Source: Nitrospirales bacterium (GTDB lineage Bacteria > Nitrospirota > Nitrospiria > Nitrospirales > UBA8639). Taken from it: a stretch of 64,000 nt of DNA. Both the position numbers and the translations under genes were made by a program. Where the stretch lies: positions 768,001-832,000 of the forward strand of contig CBDCWC010000003.1 of assembly GCA_965223295.1 (NCBI GenBank), in the 5' to 3' direction. Under the pieces are notes generated by a model. It had not been told where the DNA came from. It was given only the letters and a program-made list of their open reading frames with translations, and searched no databases. Of the stretch, positions 58,926 to 64,000 are shown piece by piece; positions within the stretch are counted from its first letter, which is position 1, and every line of letters starts with the position of its first letter.

Positions 58926-59144
58926 AAAACCCGAGGTAAAAACAAGGTTACGTGCTCCAGAGAAAACTGTCTACATCGTGTACTGTTCGTTAATTGAAAA
59001 ACTGGAGCTTTCTCAAAAACCTCCTTGTTCATGATAGTCATGAGGGATGAGAAAACTCTGCAGACATTTTGACCTTATTCATCGTTGTTCCTAGAATACA
59101 GCTCTTCATAGTCATGTTCTTTTCGAGAAAGGACAATCAGACTG

Positions 59145-61469
59145 ATGACTAGCCAGCAATTATCAAAGTTTACATTTTCACAACTTGTCATACTCATATT
59201 GCTAGCAGGAATTCTTGGAAGCTGGAGCCTCCCAAGCTTAGTGATCGCAGAAACCCTTCAAAATGAACCCATGATCAATGGACATCAGGCCTACGAACAA
59301 GGGGACTTTAAACAAGCTGCTGAGATTTGGACAAAAGCTTCCGTCGATTTTCAGCAATCAGGTGATTCCGTTAACCATATTCAAGCCTTAATTTTTGCCT
59401 CCCGAGCACTGGCTGAGATGGGCAAAAAACATCGGGCCGAGCTTCTTTTGCAGACTGTGGTACACACCGCACAATCACAGGCTCAGCCACACTTAATGGC
59501 CCAAGCCCTAGGGCAATTGGGAGCACTACATGTGAAAGCCGGGGACGAAGAGGCCGGGCTCAAAATCCTTCAGGAAGGACTGACGATAGCCAGAGATAGT
59601 GAAAATCGCCATCTCATGGCCACTATACTGAATGACTTGGGTAACGCGCAGGCTGTGCTCAATAATTCCACCGGCGCTCTTGCCGCCTATACCGAGTCCA
59701 GCATTCTAGCTGACTCCCTCAACCTTCATTCATTGTCCATTCGGGCAATGGTGAATGCTGGCTTAATGGAAATAAAGACCGGAGCCTTCCCCAATGCCAC
59801 GATTCGACTGCAACAAGCTTCAGAAAAAACCATGAGCCTTCCCGACTCACATGAGAAAGTCCAAAATTTCCTTCTCATAGGGCAAGGCTTACAAGACATC
59901 AGCCACTTGGACAACGAAAATCGAGTGAGCCTCTTCACCCAGGCCAGCGAGGCTTTGCGCGCAGGGATCCGTTCAGCGAAAGCCATAGGGGACTGGAGAC
60001 AGGAATCCTACGGATGGAGTTTTCTAGCCAAAATGTACGAAGAGGAAGGGCGTCCCCAAGAAGCTTTCAAACTCACGCAATTAGCCATCCGCACGAGTCA
60101 ACAGGGAAATATCCCTGAAGCGCTCTACCAGTGGGAATGGCAAGCGGGACGGCACCTTAAACAGCTCGGCCAGCTCGATGAGGCGATCCTGGCCTACCAA
60201 CGCGCGATCGACACGCTTCAGCCCATTCGGCATGAGATCGTCTCGACTCTTCCCAAGCACCCAGAGGCCTTTAGAGAAAACGTTGGAGCACTCTTTTTTG
60301 AAATGGCCGACGCCTTACTGGAACAGACCGACCAATTACCAGACGGTCACAAACGGGAGAAACTTCTCTACCAAACCCGGGACACGCTCGAGACATTCAA
60401 GGCCGCTGAGTTGCAAGACTACTTCAAAGACGATTGCGTGGAGGTGAATCAGGCCCGCATTCAGCCTATTGATCGCATTGCCCCCAACACAGCCATCATC
60501 TATCCCATCGTGTTTCAAGATCGCACAGACATCCTTGTCAGCCTGGCGGGAACCATCAAACGGATTACCGTTCCTATATCTGAAGAGGAATTCACTCAAC
60601 ACATCGACCGTTTTCGCACCTTGCTAGAAAAACGCACGACACACCAATACCTCCCACATGCGCAATCCTTATATAATTTGCTGATACAACCATTAGAATC
60701 ATCTCTCAAAGAATTCAACATACACACGCTTGTCTTTGTGCCTGATGGCCCCTTGCGGACCATCCCGATGGCCGCCTTGCACAATGGCGATCAATTTCTC
60801 ATTCAACAATACGCCGTAGCGACGACACCCGGAATTACGCTCACAGACGCACGCCGGCTGGATCGCACACAAGTCAATCCCCTCTCCCTAGGCTTATCCA
60901 AAAGTGTTCAGGGATTTTCTGCCTTGCCCAATGTCCAGAGGGAAATCCAAGAGATCCAAAATCTTTTTGGAGGTACAGCCCTGCTCAATGAAGAATTTCT
61001 CGCACCGAATATTCAACGAGAAATGAAACAGGAGAACTTTACCGTGGTCCACATCGCATCACATGGAAAGTTTGACCAAAACCCGCAAAACTCCTATGTG
61101 TTGGCCTATGATGAAAAACTCACGATGAATCAGTTAGTTGAATCCATCGGCCTCTTTCAATTCCGACAAACCCCTTTAGACTTGCTATCGTTAAGTGCAT
61201 GCGAAACCGCTACAGGAGATGAACAGGCCGCATTGGGGCTCGCAGGTCTGGCTATTAAGTCTGGGGCCCGAAGCGCATTGGCGACTCTCTGGTTCATTAA
61301 CGATCAAGCCTCGTCGATGCTCGTACATCATTTCTACACCCATTTAAAACAGTCCGCCTTTTCAAAAGCCCAGGCCCTCCGTGAAGCCCAAATGACACTT
61401 CTGGACCATTCAATCTATCGCCACCCCAGCTACTGGGCACCCTTTCTCCTCATCAACAATTGGCTCTAA
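59145..61469 (+). CDS. TPR + CHAT (caspase-like) domain protein with an N-terminal signal/TM segment
   Basis: FVPDG.LR.IP.AAL, HIASHG (catalytic His), LSACETA.G (catalytic Cys), ATLW.IND and HP.YWAPF motifs. Confidence 0.92.
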   Translation: MTSQQLSKFTFSQLVILILLAGILGSWSLPSLVIAETLQNEPMINGHQAYEQGDFKQAAEIWTKASVDFQQSGDSVNHIQALIFASRALAEMGKKHRAELLLQTVVHTAQSQAQPHLMAQALGQLGALHVKAGDEEAGLKILQEGLTIARDSENRHLMATILNDLGNAQAVLNNSTGALAAYTESSILADSLNLHSLSIRAMVNAGLMEIKTGAFPNATIRLQQASEKTMSLPDSHEKVQNFLLIGQGLQDISHLDNENRVSLFTQASEALRAGIRSAKAIGDWRQESYGWSFLAKMYEEEGRPQEAFKLTQLAIRTSQQGNIPEALYQWEWQAGRHLKQLGQLDEAILAYQRAIDTLQPIRHEIVSTLPKHPEAFRENVGALFFEMADALLEQTDQLPDGHKREKLLYQTRDTLETFKAAELQDYFKDDCVEVNQARIQPIDRIAPNTAIIYPIVFQDRTDILVSLAGTIKRITVPISEEEFTQHIDRFRTLLEKRTTHQYLPHAQSLYNLLIQPLESSLKEFNIHTLVFVPDGPLRTIPMAALHNGDQFLIQQYAVATTPGITLTDARRLDRTQVNPLSLGLSKSVQGFSALPNVQREIQEIQNLFGGTALLNEEFLAPNIQREMKQENFTVVHIASHGKFDQNPQNSYVLAYDEKLTMNQLVESIGLFQFRQTPLDLLSLSACETATGDEQAALGLAGLAIKSGARSALATLWFINDQASSMLVHHFYTHLKQSAFSKAQALREAQMTLLDHSIYRHPSYWAPFLLINNWL

Positions 61470-61755
61470 CAAAGACTCAGGGTCCAATGACCCTGACGCT
61501 GAACATATCTACCCGGTCGGTCTCCTACCCTTCGAGAGCACGCCTTCTTTAGCCTCCTCTAGCCCTAACATTTCTTAACTCCAATCTTCTATAAACCCTG
61601 CTCATCCAAAAACTACAAGCTTTTGCCGACGTAAACTAATCGGCTCTACAACATACGCTCTGACTGCTCCTAACGTAGACAGACTGACAACCTTGTTTCC
61701 ATATTTTTTCACTAGTCTTATGAAAATACGAGACTCTCTAGGCGCGGAGCCAATA

Positions 61756-61823
61756 TAACCTATTGAAAGTAAAGGACTGTAAGAATTCAGGGGTGCGCGA
61801 GCGAGAAAGGCACTAAGCTTGCT
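61756..61823 (+). promoter_or_regulatory. Putative sigma54 promoter plus IHF-like site
   Basis: AGGCACTAAGCTTGCT (GG-N10-GC at 61809-61822); TAACCTATTGAAA upstream. Confidence 0.6.
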
Positions 61824-61895
61824 CTATTTGACCGATGAGAAACTCTTCAGGGCCACGAGTTAGTATATTAGATACCCCTTTTCAAGGGATTCCAA

Positions 61896-62006
61896 GTGCA
61901 ACTCTCCGACATCTATCAATATATTTTTTTAGGTATTTGCTTTCTATGCTTCATCATCCTGGGCATCGCCTGGTACGTGCTTCTCAGCAATCGTAATAAA
62001 AAATAA
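61896..62006 (+). CDS. 36-aa single-TM micro-ORF
   Basis: GTG start after AAGGGA; MQLSDIYQYIFLGICFLCFIILGIAWYVLLSNRNKK. Confidence 0.55.
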   Translation: MQLSDIYQYIFLGICFLCFIILGIAWYVLLSNRNKK

Positions 62007-62090
62007 CAGCCCCATCATCAAAACACGCCATCGCCATCTCACCCCTCGTTATTGTCATCCACCATTATCCTCGCCCCCGTCGGCACGGAA

Positions 62091-62131
62091 TTGCCCTTCG
62101 CGCTTCCACATGTTATAACATAGTAATAACA
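62091..62131 (+). promoter_or_regulatory. mazEF-like promoter/operator
   Basis: TTGCCC-17-TATAAC; alternating palindrome TGTTATAACATAGTAATAACA. Confidence 0.6.
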
Positions 62132-62144
62132 CAAGGAGATGGCC

Positions 62145-62390
62145 ATGAAAAGTTCGGTAACGAAAATAGGCAACTCGAAAGGCGTCATTATTCCTTCACA
62201 CCTTTTGAAACAATGCGGGTTTACTAAGGAAGTTTCTCTGGAAATCAAAAATGATACTCTCGTCATTTCCAAAGCGAAAAAACCCAGAGAAGGATGGGCT
62301 GAAGCATTTATTGAAGCTGGAGCCAACCAAGAAAAACTCCTCATCCATGATATGAGTAATGATTTTGATCAGGACGAATGGATATGGTGA
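62145..62390 (+). CDS. AbrB/MazE antitoxin
   Basis: KIGNSKGVIIP, PREGW and DEWIW motifs. Confidence 0.88.
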   Translation: MKSSVTKIGNSKGVIIPSHLLKQCGFTKEVSLEIKNDTLVISKAKKPREGWAEAFIEAGANQEKLLIHDMSNDFDQDEWIW

Positions 62391-62701
62391 GGCAGTTCGA
62401 AGTCTATCTGGTTTCTTTAGATCCCACACAAAATTCGGAAATCAAAAAAACAAGACCGGCCTTGGTGATTTCGCCCAATGAAATGAATCACACGTTACAA
62501 ACGGTTCTGGTTGCACCAATGACAACGACCCTGTGCAACTTTCCATCAAGAGTGAGAACAACCTTTCAGGGTAAGAAAGGTGATGTCGCCTTAGATCAGA
62601 TGAGGGCCATTGATCGGTCACGTCTAGTCAAAAAACTTGGGAGCATTCATCCTACGGCGGCAGAAAAAACTCTAGCTGTCTTACAGGAAATGTTTTCTTA
62701 A
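62378..62701 (+). CDS. PemK/MazF toxin
   Basis: LDPT..SEIKKTRP.LVISP and DQ.RAIDRSRL motifs. Confidence 0.92.
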   Translation: MDMVRQFEVYLVSLDPTQNSEIKKTRPALVISPNEMNHTLQTVLVAPMTTTLCNFPSRVRTTFQGKKGDVALDQMRAIDRSRLVKKLGSIHPTAAEKTLAVLQEMFS

Positions 62702-62992
62702 TACAGAAGCGGTAGTAAGGATAGCAAAGAGTCCACAAAATTCCATTGGTTCTTACAACTCGACCTTGCCTATTGTCAGGCACACAGTCGCTTCTACATC
62801 ATCGCCCCGCGCACACTCATCGTCGCCATCTCTGCAGTTCCCCATTAAGATCGTCTTCGGGCTGTCAATGGGCATTCAACCTTTCCTATTTCTCTGCCAG
62901 GCAGACTACGTGGAGACGGATTCTCTCTTATCTTGTACATCCAAGATATAGTCAGCATAATGGTTAGAAATTCAACTATTGGAGGATTTCAT

Positions 62993-63271
62993 ATGGCCAA
63001 CGTTGATCAGTACCTTTCCGTCACGCAAGCCAAGGCACAACTTCTTGATCTCGTGCGCCAGTTACCCAAACGTCAGGAGACCGTAGCCATTACACGTGAT
63101 GGCGTCCCCTCTGCTGTGCTTCTCAGCATGGAACATTTTGAGGGCTTAATGGAAACCCTGGAAATCTTGAGTGATCAGAAAACTATGCGAAGACTTCGAC
63201 GCTCCATGAAGGAAGCTCAAGCGCATCAGTGGATGACTGAGACATCGGCTTTCGGTTATGGAAAATCGTGA
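62993..63271 (+). CDS. Phd/YefM antitoxin
   Basis: SVTQAKAQL..LV, ITRDG.P.AVLLS and ETLEILSD motifs; GGAGG RBS. Confidence 0.88.
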   Translation: MANVDQYLSVTQAKAQLLDLVRQLPKRQETVAITRDGVPSAVLLSMEHFEGLMETLEILSDQKTMRRLRRSMKEAQAHQWMTETSAFGYGKS

Positions 63272-63564
63272 AGCCGTACCGCGTCCGTTACACACCGGAA
63301 GCAGCCCGGTATATTCGGACTTTCCATCCCCAAGTCAAACAAGATATTCGAGAGGCTATCAAAATTCTGCGAGAAACTCCCCTGCAGGGCCATCTCCTCC
63401 ACCATGAACTCTCTGGCTATCGATCTTACCGAGTGCGGAGTTATCAAATCATTTATCAGTTGAATGAAAAAGACCGGACCGTAGATGTGATCTTTGTGGG
63501 CCCCCGTCGGAATGTCTATGAAGAAATCTTAGCCTTGATCCGCAACCCCTCGTCTAGAAACTAA
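63268..63564 (+). CDS. RelE/ParE family toxin
   Basis: Y.V.YT.EA, G..L..EL.GYRSYRV and VGPRRNVYE motifs. Confidence 0.88.
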   Translation: MKPYRVRYTPEAARYIRTFHPQVKQDIREAIKILRETPLQGHLLHHELSGYRSYRVRSYQIIYQLNEKDRTVDVIFVGPRRNVYEEILALIRNPSSRN

Positions 63565-63595
63565 TGTGGTAGCTTCGTAATAGGGAGATGAATCC

Positions 63596-63786
63596 CGGAT
63601 CTGTTGAAGAAACCCGACAGCGGTGTTCTCGCCATTTTTCCGTGCTCACGTCGTGCCAGTACGATCCGCGAGCAAAAATGGCTGCGGCCTTGCTGGACGA
63701 CATTTTTCAACGACCCTATGGAACTGATAGTGAACAGCTTCCTGGCGAAATATGGCCCTTGATATCTTCATGATTCAACGCTCCTA
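63596..63786 (-). mobile_element. Family B core plus short module (191 bp), diverged
   Basis: GTTCTCGCCATTTTTCCGTGCTCACGT..GGCTGCGGCCTTGCTG followed by GGCGAAATATGGCCCTTGATATCTTCATGATTCAAC; ATCC on both flanks. Confidence 0.75.
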
Positions 63787-64000
63787 ATCCTCGAAAACAT
63801 CAGTCCGGAATGACACAGCTTGTTTCGTAAAGAGATTCAAGTGGAACGGCTACTTTGTGTCGCACCTCCCTCGCCCTTCTAGATCTTCATTCCGAAAAGG
63901 AACAGGGGATTGGGATAATCGTAAGGGCTCATCAGAAATTTCGCAGACGGTGTCACATAGACTTTCCCTACCATCAAAGAGACCACGTTCGAAATGAACT

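Noticed and set aside
62082-62094. GGCACGGAATTGC as a sigma54 promoter
   Set aside because: Spacing is GG-N9-GC, not N10; a sigma70-type promoter fits better
63790-64000. 3' end of a minus-strand gene entering from the right edge
   Set aside because: Two frames are open for 39-49 codons and neither is recognisable

Overview
64 kb of bacterial chromosome, probably Nitrospirota (inferred from gene content and the intergenic repeat family; not verified). No rRNA, tRNA or CRISPR array was seen. Core genes: hydantoinase/oxoprolinase A+B, MscS, a stand-alone mreB, an M23 peptidase, a topoisomerase IV-like pair in A-then-B order, an amino acid dehydrogenase, an oxidative-stress block (PerR, rubrerythrin, Fe-S oxidoreductase, DUF3501, erpA, thioredoxin, peroxiredoxin), PBP1A, a full isc operon with a divergent ferredoxin, and hflKC. 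Accessory regions: a ~10 kb defence island (zeta-like ATPase module, type I R-M with an embedded RhuM-Fic gene, AbiE), three more TA pairs, and a TpsB/OmpA/DUF928/CHAT-protease block. The most striking signal is a DUF559 (Vsr-like) nuclease domain bracketed by 39-bp direct repeats (38/39 identical). These belong to a TCTACC-spacer-hairpin(ACA loop) family with 8 copies in the window, six of them in inverted doublets. This resembles a REP/RAYT system with a DUF559 nuclease in place of the HUH transposase. The downstream repeat is read in frame and fuses the nuclease to a 3-methyladenine DNA glycosylase. At least three other short repeat families occur, including modular MITEs with TTA-type target duplications and an ATTCCC-N8-GGGAAT palindrome translated inside hsdM. 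Two unannotated micro-ORFs are also supported.
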